A stretch of DNA of 64,000 nucleotides from positions 44,611 through 108,610 of the forward strand of contig JAYPEY010000006.1 of the NCBI GenBank assembly GCA_038126035.1, written 5' to 3'. The translations under genes were made by a program, and so were the position numbers. The notes below the pieces were generated by a model. It saw only the letters and a program-made list of their open reading frames with translations. It was not told the origin of the DNA and searched no databases. Shown one piece after another: positions 1-9,780 of the stretch. Positions within the stretch are counted from its first letter, which is position 1. Every line of letters begins with the position of its first letter. This stretch comes from Verrucomicrobiales bacterium. GTDB taxonomy: Bacteria > Verrucomicrobiota > Verrucomicrobiia > Limisphaerales > JAYPEY01.

Positions 1-1
1 C

Positions 2-1723
2 TGCAAGACCGTTGAACCGGAAGCAACAGAGAACCGGTTGCAGGGCTACGTCGTGCCGCAGGGTCCCGGCGTATTATGGGGCCGGGTCCTGCTTTCGGGC
101 GAGGCGCCGGCCGAACGGGAGATCCAACTGCCGGGAAACGTGGTGGGTCGGGAAAGCGGTCCGCTGACGACGAGAAGCTTCGTCACCGACGACGACGGCG
201 GCCTGGCCAATGTTTTTGTGCACATCTCCAGGGGACTCGAAAACCGAAGGTTTGACTCCCTTACGGAACCGGTAATCATCGAAAGCTCAGACTTTGGGTT
301 TTCGCCGCTGGTCGCCGGTGTGCAAAAGGGCCGCAAGGTGATCTGGAAATCGTCGGACAAGGCGGGCTTCTCGGTGAAGTCCCATCCCAAGACGGCGGGC
401 AACCGGCCGTTTGAGTATACCCTGTTGCCCAATGTGACGGTCGAGACCAGCTATCGGTCGCCCGAGTTGTTCCTGCGCCACGAGAGTGATCTCGCGCCGG
501 GAATCGAGGCGTTTGTCTGTGTGGTGGATCATCCCTATTTCGCAGTGACGGATGAGCACGGGATGTTTGCGCTGCCGGGCGGACTGGAGCCCGGAAGCTA
601 CACACTGACAGCGCGGCACGCGGTGGCCGGCGAGGTTTCAGCGGTGGCGGTGGTCGGAAATGACGGCAATGTCCGCGTGGAGTTCGAGTTGGGCGCGCCC
701 GGCAGCGGCGTCGCGAACCGGGTGAGATCAATCGACGCCATCGGCGCCCGGCAGCCGCAGCTTGTCTCTGCGGAGCCCGTCCGGGTGAATCCCGTCGGCA
801 CGTTCCCAGGCGTGCCGGGGCCATCGGCCCGGCCGCGTCAACTGCAGCCTGTCCTCAGGACGCCGATGCGGCCGGCGCCGCCGGTCAGGCAGCTTGCGCG
901 ACCAGGGCGGATCGTTCCGCCCGCGGGCAATCGCGGTCCGCAATTGGCGCGGAGGCCGGCCGGTCGCGGCATCCAGACCCGCGTGTTCCAGGTGGACGCG
1001 GACCGCCTGCTGAAGGGCCTGCGGGAATCCTACATGGACAATCAGAGCGACGCCTCGCTGCATTCCCTGTTCAGCTATGCAATCGGCAAGGGCTCGAGAC
1101 CGGAGGCCGGCTGGGATCCGTTCCCCAGTGTCGCGCTCAACAAGGAGGCGGGCGTTCTCCAGGTGAGGGCGCCGACCGAGGAGATGGAACGGATCGAATC
1201 CCTGATCAAGGTCCTCGACCAGGCGCCCGCGCAGGTGGCGATCGACGCCCGCATACTCGAGGTCGATGTCCGCGATTTCGATCGCTACATCGAGGCGCAT
1301 CCCGTGTATTCGCAGACGATGAACCGGGAGAGCTTCGTCGGCATCCTGCCCGAGTCGGAGTTCCGCGAGATGCTGGGTCGCCTCTCGGAGATGAAGGGCG
1401 CGCGGTTGATTCACGCGCCGGGCGTCGCGACCCTGAGCGGACGCAAGGCCGAGATCCGGTTCGACAAGTCGACGACGCTCGATATCGATCCGACCGTTTC
1501 GCCGGACAGACAGAGCGTGGAGATGGAGGTTCTTTTCGCGACCTTTGCGGAAGATTCGAAGGAACCGACGCAGAGCCTGAAGACGACCGCCCGCGCAATG
1601 AGCCGGCAGACCGTGATGCTTGGCGGGCTGGCGAAATCGACCGGACGCTTTTCCTCCCGTGACCGGACGGTGATGCTGCTCCTGATCACGCCGAATGTGT
1701 TGGAGGACGGAGCCGGGAATTGA
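2..1723 (+). CDS. secretin-like fusion protein, 5'-partial: degenerate carboxypeptidase-regulatory/cupredoxin-like N-region + Pro/Arg-rich linker + short type II/III secretin-like C-domain
   Basis: ORF 38..1723 (TTG). The frame stays open back to base 2, so the true N-terminus is probably off-window. C-terminus 'VAIDARILEV..GVATLSGRKAEIRF..TVMLGGL..VMLLLITPNVL' is secretin-like. 'HPYFAVTDEHGMFALPGGLEPGSYTLTA' is CarboxypepD_reg-like. Confidence 0.6.
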   Translation, partial: CKTVEPEATENRLQGYVVPQGPGVLWGRVLLSGEAPAEREIQLPGNVVGRESGPLTTRSFVTDDDGGLANVFVHISRGLENRRFDSLTEPVIIESSDFGFSPLVAGVQKGRKVIWKSSDKAGFSVKSHPKTAGNRPFEYTLLPNVTVETSYRSPELFLRHESDLAPGIEAFVCVVDHPYFAVTDEHGMFALPGGLEPGSYTLTARHAVAGEVSAVAVVGNDGNVRVEFELGAPGSGVANRVRSIDAIGARQPQLVSAEPVRVNPVGTFPGVPGPSARPRQLQPVLRTPMRPAPPVRQLARPGRIVPPAGNRGPQLARRPAGRGIQTRVFQVDADRLLKGLRESYMDNQSDASLHSLFSYAIGKGSRPEAGWDPFPSVALNKEAGVLQVRAPTEEMERIESLIKVLDQAPAQVAIDARILEVDVRDFDRYIEAHPVYSQTMNRESFVGILPESEFREMLGRLSEMKGARLIHAPGVATLSGRKAEIRFDKSTTLDIDPTVSPDRQSVEMEVLFATFAEDSKEPTQSLKTTARAMSRQTVMLGGLAKSTGRFSSRDRTVMLLLITPNVLEDGAGN

Positions 1724-1821
1724 GTCTCCGGCGGGCGGTGTTCGCGCCACTGCCATCAGGATTCGGCGGATGCCGGGAAATGGACATTGATCCATTTTGT
1801 GCCATGGTTGCGGCAGTCCTT

Positions 1822-2583
1822 ATGAACTTCCCGCGCCGACTCATCACGTTGCTCCGGATTGTGGTCGTTGCGGCCCTGGCTCTCGGCGCGGGATGTCGAT
1901 CGCCTTCGTCCGGCGCGCAGACCTGGGGGTTCAAACCGAGGAGCGCTGAGGAGCCGATGCGCATTGCCGGGCGCGCGTCCGCCCGTCCGGCGTCGTCGGC
2001 CAGGGACGCGGGACAGGCGTCAAACCTGCCGGTTCCCAATCCCTATTATCGCAATCGGACGGCCAACACCACGAGCCGCCGGCGTCAGGAGATCGTGCGC
2101 AAGCTGAAGACCATCACCTTTGAGAAGGTGGAGTATCCAGGCATTCCGCTGGGCGAGGTCGTCCGGCATTTGAACGACGAGACCCGGCGCCTGGATCCCG
2201 GAAAAGAGGGAATCAACTTCCTGCTGCTCAGTCCAACCGCGACCAGTGAAGCAGGCGCGCAGGGCCTGGTTGTCGCGCCGGCCGATCCGGCGGATCCCTT
2301 TGCGCCGCCGGCTGCGGCGGGTGTTCGTATCGAAGAGGCTGAGCTCGAGAACGTGCTGATCAACATCGATCCGCCATTGCGCGACCTGCCGTTAATCCAT
2401 GTGCTCGACGCGGTGACCAGGAAGGCGGATGCGGGGATCCAGTTCGCCGTCACGGATTACGCGGTGGTCATCTGGCCGAAGATGCCCGGAGACGCCGACC
2501 GCTTCTTCCGTAATCTCCGTTCCAGTCCCGGGGCCTTTCAACAGGGCCTCGAAGGCGTGCGCGCGGGGTCGACAATCCCGTAG
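1822..2583 (+). CDS. hypothetical lipoprotein (secretin-N/STN-like fold suspected)
   Basis: ORF 1720..2583. ATG at 1822 gives the signal 'MNFPRRLITLLRIVVVAALALGAGC' with a lipobox. It directly follows the secretin-like gene. Confidence 0.6.
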   Translation: MNFPRRLITLLRIVVVAALALGAGCRSPSSGAQTWGFKPRSAEEPMRIAGRASARPASSARDAGQASNLPVPNPYYRNRTANTTSRRRQEIVRKLKTITFEKVEYPGIPLGEVVRHLNDETRRLDPGKEGINFLLLSPTATSEAGAQGLVVAPADPADPFAPPAAAGVRIEEAELENVLINIDPPLRDLPLIHVLDAVTRKADAGIQFAVTDYAVVIWPKMPGDADRFFRNLRSSPGAFQQGLEGVRAGSTIP

Positions 2584-2645
2584 CCGCAGCCTTGTAGTCG
2601 CAACCTTCAGGTTGCGCACCGAGCGCGTCAGCGCGGGAAGTGAAC
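2579..2645. repeat. REP family A copy 1, core GTAG(T/C)CGCAACCTTCAGGTTGCGCACCGAGCGCGTC
   Basis: A 37-nt stretch is 36/37 identical to 27636-27672. It contains the hairpin GCAACCT-TC-AGGTTGC and begins on the TAG stop of the upstream gene. Confidence 0.8.
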
Positions 2646-2668
2646 CTATCACGCCCTGCGCCGCGCAG

Positions 2669-2699
2669 TCCCGCGGTCGCGAGGATTGCGACCGCGGGA
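2669..2699 (-). terminator. stem-loop immediately after the leuA stop (no U-tract)
   Basis: TCCCGCGGTCGC-gaggatt-GCGACCGCGGGA, a perfect 12-bp stem lying between the convergent stops at 2583 and 2707. Confidence 0.5.
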
Positions 2700-2706
2700 T
2701 GGAGAA

Positions 2707-4299
<1,593 letters not shown>

Positions 4300-4381
4300 G
4301 GCTTCGGACTTTCGTTTGTCTGTTTTTCTGTCTGTTTGTTGTTCCCGCGCCGCCGTGTCCGACCGGCATTGTGGGCGCAAC

Positions 4382-4415
4382 AAAAAACCCCACTGCCGGG
4401 CGGACAGTGGGGTTT
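4382..4415 (-). terminator. intrinsic terminator between the leader ORF and leuA (attenuator terminator)
   Basis: Minus-strand RNA reads AAACCCCACUG-UCCGCCCGG-CAGUGGGGUUUUUUG. The stem is GC-rich and is followed by six U. Confidence 0.75.
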
Positions 4416-4434
4416 GGAAAAGCTCAGGAATCGG

Positions 4435-4509
4435 CTAGAACCCAACTGCCGCGCCGCCAATAAGCAGCGCGCTGGTAAGGAGCAGGTTCAACTTTCCGAT
4501 CCGTTTCAC
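4435..4509 (-). CDS. candidate leucine leader peptide (24 aa, GTG start): MKRIGKLNLLLTSALLIGGAAVGF
   Basis: Short ORF 33 nt after the upstream stop and 22 nt before the terminator. Four Leu codons (UUG, CUG, CUC, CUU) fall in a 5-codon window, with two more at codons 15-16. No ATG or clear SD is present. Confidence 0.45.
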   Translation of the reverse strand: MKRIGKLNLLLTSALLIGGAAVGF

Positions 4510-4541
4510 GGTCGTAGGAGTAGTGCCTTTGTATCGGTCGG

Positions 4542-5390
4542 TCAATGGGTTTTTTGAGGAACGGCGTCCATCGCGCAGCGGAAACCCACGTCGTTGCAGG
4601 TGGTGTTTAATGGCTCGAAGCCCTGGTGATAGGTCGTGCCGTGGCGCGCGCCGTAGCCGTGCGCGCCGCCGCGGATGATGCCGCTGCGATGCCAGTTCTC
4701 CTGCGGCTCGAAGGGGATCCTGCTGACATGGATATCGCTGACCCATTCCCAGGCGTTGCCGCACATGTCGTGCACACCGTAGGGACTGGCGCCCTCGGGG
4801 AATTGGCCGACCGCCATCTTCCTGCCGCCTGTGCGACAGACGGCGTCGTCTGAAACGGAGACGCCTTCCTCGGTGATGTAGCCGTCGGGTCGGAGATTGC
4901 ATTTGGTGCGGTCGTATTCGTTGCCCCAGGGGTAGGTCCGCCCGTCGGTTCCGCGCGCCGCCTTCTCCCATTCCGCTGCGGAGGGCAGTCGTTTGCCCGC
5001 CCACTTTGCGTAGGCCTCGGCCTCGTGTTTCAGAATGTGCGTCGCCGGAAAGTCGTCCTCGCCTGCGGGGTATTCGTGGCTCGGTTTGAATTCCTTGTAT
5101 TCGCGATTGGTGACTTCGAAGCGCTCGATGTGGAACGCGGACACGAACACGCGTTTCAAGGGAGGCACGTCGAAGTCGGCCTTGGGATCGTCGCTGCCCA
5201 TGAGGAAGTCGCCGGCGGGAATGAAGACCATGCCCTCCGGCGGCGGCGCGTATTGGCGTTGTTCTTGGAGGACCTGGTCGCATCGAATCCAGAGCCAACG
5301 CCCGCTTGCTGCCGTCGCCGTGATCAACAGGATCGCGACCGCCATGAACAGGCGGGGATGGCGGACTGCTTGTCGGCGCAGGCGGTTCAT
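4542..5390 (-). CDS. formylglycine-generating enzyme (SUMF1/FGE-sulfatase) family protein, N-terminal membrane anchor
   Basis: 'GMVFIPAGDFLMGSDD', 'YPWGNE' and 'GNAWEWVSD' motifs. ATG at 5390 (alternative TTG at 5429). TM segment 'LFMAVAILLITATAA'. Confidence 0.8.
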   Translation of the reverse strand: MNRLRRQAVRHPRLFMAVAILLITATAASGRWLWIRCDQVLQEQRQYAPPPEGMVFIPAGDFLMGSDDPKADFDVPPLKRVFVSAFHIERFEVTNREYKEFKPSHEYPAGEDDFPATHILKHEAEAYAKWAGKRLPSAAEWEKAARGTDGRTYPWGNEYDRTKCNLRPDGYITEEGVSVSDDAVCRTGGRKMAVGQFPEGASPYGVHDMCGNAWEWVSDIHVSRIPFEPQENWHRSGIIRGGAHGYGARHGTTYHQGFEPLNTTCNDVGFRCAMDAVPQKTH

Positions 5391-5489
5391 TCGTTCAGGC
5401 TTCGTAGCATTGGAACCCGATCGCCACAACCGCGTTGAAAGAAATCCGTGCCATCCGCGTCATCCGCTGTTTATCTTACGGGCCAGATT

Positions 5490-7091
5490 ATGAGCATGAC
5501 CAACGCGCAGTTGTGGGAGCGTTTCCAGCGCTTCTATTTCGAGTTTCCGTCGATCGATCTCGCCGTCGATCTCAGCCGCATGAGTTTTTCCGACTCCTTT
5601 CTGGAGGCCATGCGAAGGAAGCCTCTTGCGAGGGCCTTCAAGGAAATGGAGAAGCTCGAGGGCGGCGCCATCGCCAACCCGGACGAGAAGCGCATGGTTG
5701 GTCATTACTGGCTGCGGAATCCGGGCCTCGCGCCCACGAAGGCAATTCAGACCGAGATCCGCTCAACCTTGTCGGCGGTGAAGCGCTTCGCGCGTGAGGT
5801 GCACGCGGGCAAGGTCGCGGGCGCCAAGGGTTCGTTCAAGAGCGTGCTGGTCATCGGGATCGGCGGTTCGGCCCTGGGTCCGCAGTTCGTTGCCAGGGCG
5901 CTCGGCCATCCCGGAACCGACAAGATGAGGGTGTTTTTCTTCGACAACACCGATCCGGACGGCATGGACGCCGTCCTGGCCGAACTGCGTGGGAAACTGG
6001 GCAGGACCTTGTCGGTCGTGATCTCGAAGTCCGGGGGCACCAAGGAAACCCGGAATGGCATGTTGGAAGCCAAGGCGGCTTACGAGCGCGCGAGTCTTTC
6101 CTTCGAAGAGCACGCCGTCGCTGTGACGGGCGTGGACAGCAACCTCGACAAGGTCGCGAAGTCCGGCAAGTGGCTGAAGCGTTTCCCCATGTGGGACTGG
6201 GTTGGGGGCCGGACCAGTGAGATGTCCGCGGTCGGACTGCTGCCGGCTGCCCTTCAGGGCCTGGACATCGACGGGATGCTCAAAGGCGCCGCCGAGTGCG
6301 ACAAGGTCACCCGGGCGAAGACGCTGGAGGGGAATCCCGCCGCCCAACTCGCCCTGATGTGGCACTACGCCGGGGAAGGTCGCGGCGCCAAGGACATGGT
6401 GATTCTGCCTTACAAGGATCGCCTGGAGCTGTTCTCCAAGTATCTCCAGCAGCTCATCATGGAGTCGTTGGGCAAGGAGCTGGATCTGAATGGAAGCGTG
6501 GTCAATCAAGGCATCGCAGTTTATGGAAACAAGGGCTCAACTGACCAACATGCTTATGTTCAACAACTTAGAGAAGGCGTTTCCAACTTTTTTGTCACCT
6601 TCATCGAGGTTCTCAAGGACCGTGCAGGCAATTCGATCGATGTCGAATCCGGACAGAATGTGACGACAGGCGACTTCCTGAATGGCTTTTACCAGGGCAC
6701 CAGAAGGGCGCTTTTTGAGAATAATCGAGAATCGATGACGTTAACGGTGTCGGAGTTGACGCCAAAATCCGTTGGAATGCTCATTGCGCTTTATGAGCGT
6801 GCGGTGGGACTCTACGCCTTCTTGGTCGGGATCAATGCCTACCATCAACCCGGCGTTGAAGCTGGCAAGAAGGCCGCCGGCGTGGTGATCGAGCTGCAGG
6901 GTGAGATCCAGGCGTTCTTGGCGGAGAATGCTGGCAAGGCCTTCACGGCCAGTCAGATTGCGGGCGGCTTGAACCGGGCCGACGATGCGGAGTCGGTCTT
7001 CAAGATCTGCCAGCATCTGGCGGCGAATGGTTCGGGTGGGATTTCGCGGCAAGGCGGGACGTCGCCGGGAACGGTGACGTTTTCAGCGTGA
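5490..7091 (+). CDS. pgi: glucose-6-phosphate isomerase
   Basis: 'GIGGSALGP', '[11 protein letters not shown]', '[18 protein letters not shown]' and '[16 protein letters not shown]'. ATG at 5490 within ORF 5448..7091. Confidence 0.9.
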   Translation: MSMTNAQLWERFQRFYFEFPSIDLAVDLSRMSFSDSFLEAMRRKPLARAFKEMEKLEGGAIANPDEKRMVGHYWLRNPGLAPTKAIQTEIRSTLSAVKRFAREVHAGKVAGAKGSFKSVLVIGIGGSALGPQFVARALGHPGTDKMRVFFFDNTDPDGMDAVLAELRGKLGRTLSVVISKSGGTKETRNGMLEAKAAYERASLSFEEHAVAVTGVDSNLDKVAKSGKWLKRFPMWDWVGGRTSEMSAVGLLPAALQGLDIDGMLKGAAECDKVTRAKTLEGNPAAQLALMWHYAGEGRGAKDMVILPYKDRLELFSKYLQQLIMESLGKELDLNGSVVNQGIAVYGNKGSTDQHAYVQQLREGVSNFFVTFIEVLKDRAGNSIDVESGQNVTTGDFLNGFYQGTRRALFENNRESMTLTVSELTPKSVGMLIALYERAVGLYAFLVGINAYHQPGVEAGKKAAGVVIELQGEIQAFLAENAGKAFTASQIAGGLNRADDAESVFKICQHLAANGSGGISRQGGTSPGTVTFSA

Positions 7092-7217
7092 GAGGTCCAA
7101 GGCGCATGATTCACGTCAGCGCGCTGCAGCAGGGAGAGTCCGGCTCAGCGGGAGCTTCGCCCCACCGTATGGCCTATTTGCCCGACAAACCCAGAGTCGG
7201 GAGGGGACTACAGTAGC

Positions 7218-9122
7218 ATGTTCGTCTACCCCAAGGAATACGATGTCATCGTCATCGGCGCGGGTCATGCCGGCGTCGAGGCGGCTTTGGCGGCGTGTCG
7301 GATGGGCTGCGAGACATTGATGCTGACGATCAATGCCGACACCATCGGCCAGATGTCCTGCAACCCGGCGATCGGCGGACTGGCCAAGGGACACCTGGCC
7401 CGGGAGATCGATGCGCTCGGCGGCGAGATGGGCAAGTGCACCGACATGACCGGACTCCAGTTCCGGATGCTCAACACCAAGAAGGGCCCCTCGGTCTGGG
7501 CGCCACGGGCGCAATGTGACAAGAAGGCCTATCAGTTCCGCTTGAAGTGGATCTGCGAGCGGATGGAGAATCTGGATATCAAGCAGGGCCAGGCGGCCAG
7601 GCTCCTGACCCAGGACAAGCAGATCACGGGCGTCGAAACCAATCTGGGTGTGCAGTATCGCGGCAAGACCGTGGTGATCACGACCGGGACATTCCTCCGA
7701 GGTCTGATGCATATTGGCAAGACCCAGAGTTCCGGCGGACGCGCTGGAGAGTCTGCTGCCATGGGATTGTCGGCCTCATTGGCCGAAATCGGCTTGGAAT
7801 TGGGGCGCCTCAAGACGGGCACGCCCCCTCGCCTGCTGCGACGATCCCTGAACCTGGAGGCCTGCGAGGAGCAGCCGGGCGATGAGCCGATCCCCTGGTT
7901 CTCCTACTGGAAGGACGATTTGTTCCACGTGGAACATTCGCAGATCAATCCCTCGGATATCGGGCATTCGGAGGGCAGGTATCCTCCGGGATCGATCCTG
8001 GATCGATTGAACGGCCAGCTTCCCTGTCATATCACCTTCACTACGGATCGTACGGCTGAGATCATTCGGGAGAATCTCCACAAGTCTCCGATGTATTCCG
8101 GGGAGATCGAGGGCGTGGGACCGCGGTATTGCCCGTCGATCGAGGACAAGATCGTCCGCTTCGCCGACAAGGAGCGTCACCAGATCTTCCTCGAGCCCGA
8201 AGGGATCGCGACCGACGAATTCTACGTCAACGGCTTCTCGACCTGCCTGCCGTTCGAGGTGCAGGTGGAGCTGGTCCGCACGATCGTCGGCTGTGAGGAG
8301 GCCGAGATCATGCGGCCGGCCTATGCGGTGGAATACGACTTTGTCCATCCGACGCAACTCACCGCTGGTTTGGAGACCAAACCTTGTCGAAACCTCTTCC
8401 TCGCTGGTCAGATCAATGGGACATCCGGATATGAGGAGGCTGGAGCCCAGGGACTGATGGCGGGAATCAATGCGGCGCGTCGGGCCCGGGAGAAGGATCC
8501 CATCGTCCTGCGGCGGGACCAGGCCTATATCGGCGTGTTGATCGATGACCTGATCACCAAGGGCACGTCGGAGCCGTATCGGATGTTCACGTCCCGGGCC
8601 GAGTATCGGCTGCTGCTACGCCAGGATAATGCCGACCAACGGCTCTGTGATCTGGCTTATAAAGCGGGGCTGTTGCCGGAGAGGAACTACCGTCAGTTCC
8701 AAGCCAAACGGGCGGCGATTGAGGCGGAGCTGGGGAGACTGGCTGGCGCTCACAGCCCGGAGGGCTCCATGGAAAAACTGCTCAAGCGTCCGGAGATTTC
8801 CTACCAGGACCTGCCGAATCGGGATGAGTCTCTGAGCGAGGAGATCGTCCAGCAGGTGGAAATCGCCATCAAGTATGCCGGCTACATCGAGCGGCAGGAG
8901 GCCGAGATCGAAAAGCTGCGCAACGTGGAAGAGAAGCAGATTCCGGAGTCGTTCGACTACGATTCGATCCCCAGCATGCGGAACGAAGCCCGGCAGAAGC
9001 TGAAGGAGATTCGTCCGGCCACCTTGGGTCAGGCTTCCCGGATTTCCGGGGTTTCGCCGGCGGATGTGGGTCTGGTGATGGTCTGGATGAAGCGAGGGCA
9101 GAGCGAGGCCAAGGGGGATTGA
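7218..9122 (+). CDS. mnmG: tRNA uridine 5-carboxymethylaminomethyl modification enzyme MnmG (GidA)
   Basis: 'YDVIVIGAGHAGVEAA', 'GPRYCPSIEDK' and 'AGQINGTSGYEEAGAQG'. Full-length at 634 aa. Confidence 0.95.
   Translation: MFVYPKEYDVIVIGAGHAGVEAALAACRMGCETLMLTINADTIGQMSCNPAIGGLAKGHLAREIDALGGEMGKCTDMTGLQFRMLNTKKGPSVWAPRAQCDKKAYQFRLKWICERMENLDIKQGQAARLLTQDKQITGVETNLGVQYRGKTVVITTGTFLRGLMHIGKTQSSGGRAGESAAMGLSASLAEIGLELGRLKTGTPPRLLRRSLNLEACEEQPGDEPIPWFSYWKDDLFHVEHSQINPSDIGHSEGRYPPGSILDRLNGQLPCHITFTTDRTAEIIRENLHKSPMYSGEIEGVGPRYCPSIEDKIVRFADKERHQIFLEPEGIATDEFYVNGFSTCLPFEVQVELVRTIVGCEEAEIMRPAYAVEYDFVHPTQLTAGLETKPCRNLFLAGQINGTSGYEEAGAQGLMAGINAARRAREKDPIVLRRDQAYIGVLIDDLITKGTSEPYRMFTSRAEYRLLLRQDNADQRLCDLAYKAGLLPERNYRQFQAKRAAIEAELGRLAGAHSPEGSMEKLLKRPEISYQDLPNRDESLSEEIVQQVEIAIKYAGYIERQEAEIEKLRNVEEKQIPESFDYDSIPSMRNEARQKLKEIRPATLGQASRISGVSPADVGLVMVWMKRGQSEAKGD
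7921..7936. other. parS-type ParB-binding palindrome (inside mnmG)
   Basis: TGTTCCACGTGGAACA is a perfect 16-nt palindrome. It has one mismatch to B. subtilis parS TGTTCCACGTGAAACA. An identical copy lies at 9205. Confidence 0.7.
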
Positions 9123-9197
9123 ACTACGGAATACGCGGAAAACACGGAAGGAAGGCAATAGATCCGGTTTCTGTGTGTTCGGTGTATTCCGTAGTTC
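9121..9197. repeat. long imperfect hairpin (REP-like) after the mnmG stop
   Basis: Perfect 14-nt arms GAACTACGGAATAC / GTATTCCGTAGTTC flank a partly self-complementary 49-nt core. Confidence 0.7.
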
Positions 9198-9204
9198 CCG
9201 ACCA

Positions 9205-9220
9205 TGTTCCACGTGGAACA
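9205..9220. other. parS-type ParB-binding palindrome (mnmG/crcB convergent junction)
   Basis: TGTTCCACGTGGAACA abuts the crcB stop codon at 9221-9223. The 17-mer is identical to 7921-7937. Confidence 0.7.
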
Positions 9221-9616
9221 TCAGCGATTCAATGCGGAGCCGATGCCCATCCCGGTCCAGACGGCGAGCATACAGAGGACGAGCGAGAGAACGATATTGC
9301 CCATGGCGTATCCCAGGTGCCCGGTCTTCATCAGGCCCAAGGTCTGCAGGCTGAAGGAGGAAAAGGTCGTGTAACCGCCAAGCAGGCCGATCATCAGGAA
9401 CTGTTGGACGGAGGATGAGATCTGGGTTCTCCCATGCTCCACGGTGAAGGCGGCGGCCAGTCCGATGAGCAGGCAGCCGGTCACGTTGGCGACCATGGTG
9501 CCGATGGGGAGGTTTTCGCCAAAGCGTCTGGCCATCTGCATGGAGACCCAGAACCGGCCCACACCCCCGCAGGCGCTTCCGAGGGCGACGAGGATAAATG
9601 GCTTCAACGATGTCAT
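9221..9616 (-). CDS. crcB: fluoride efflux channel CrcB/FluC
   Basis: 131 aa with 4 TM segments. 'GTMVANVTGCLLIG' and 'GLLGGYTTFSSFS' are CrcB signatures. Confidence 0.9.
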   Translation of the reverse strand: MTSLKPFILVALGSACGGVGRFWVSMQMARRFGENLPIGTMVANVTGCLLIGLAAAFTVEHGRTQISSSVQQFLMIGLLGGYTTFSSFSLQTLGLMKTGHLGYAMGNIVLSLVLCMLAVWTGMGIGSALNR

Positions 9617-9699
9617 TGGCCCGATGATGTGAAATGCGCTCCGTCGCGTCTGTCTTGAGCGAAGGCGATTGAATCACCATATGTACCGGCTGTCGATGT

Positions 9700-9780
9700 T
9701 CTTCGTCCTTCCTAACTATCATTCATAACACATTGATGTACAACATGTTGCGAATATACATAAAGAATGACCGCCAATAC
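9700..9780 (-). promoter_or_regulatory. AT-rich island with short palindromes upstream of crcB (probable promoter/operator region)
   Basis: A marked local GC drop. It contains CAACATGTTG (perfect 10-nt palindrome), TGTACA and TATATT-like boxes. No precise -35/-10 assignment was possible. Confidence 0.3.

Larger units (their letters stand above)
4382..4509 (-). promoter_or_regulatory. candidate ribosome-dependent transcription attenuator of leuA
   Basis: The last sense codons GCGGCAGUUGGGUU nearly duplicate the terminator 3' arm (CGGCAGUGGGGUU). They can therefore pair with the 5' arm in 13 bp with one bulge and one mismatch, forming an antiterminator. Confidence 0.5.

Noticed and set aside
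9617-9720. Possible fluoride riboswitch in the crcB 5' region
   Set aside because: The GGTGATTCAATCGCC segment superficially resembles the P1 region, but the conserved AACCGCC and CUGAUGA..CCUAC elements are absent. Only a covariance-model search could overturn this.
9735-9775. dif-like XerCD site (contains ATGTATATT, as in the E. coli dif centre)
   Set aside because: Only the 9-nt centre matches and neither flanking Xer arm aligns. A dif site would also not be expected next to parS sites and mnmG in an origin-proximal region.
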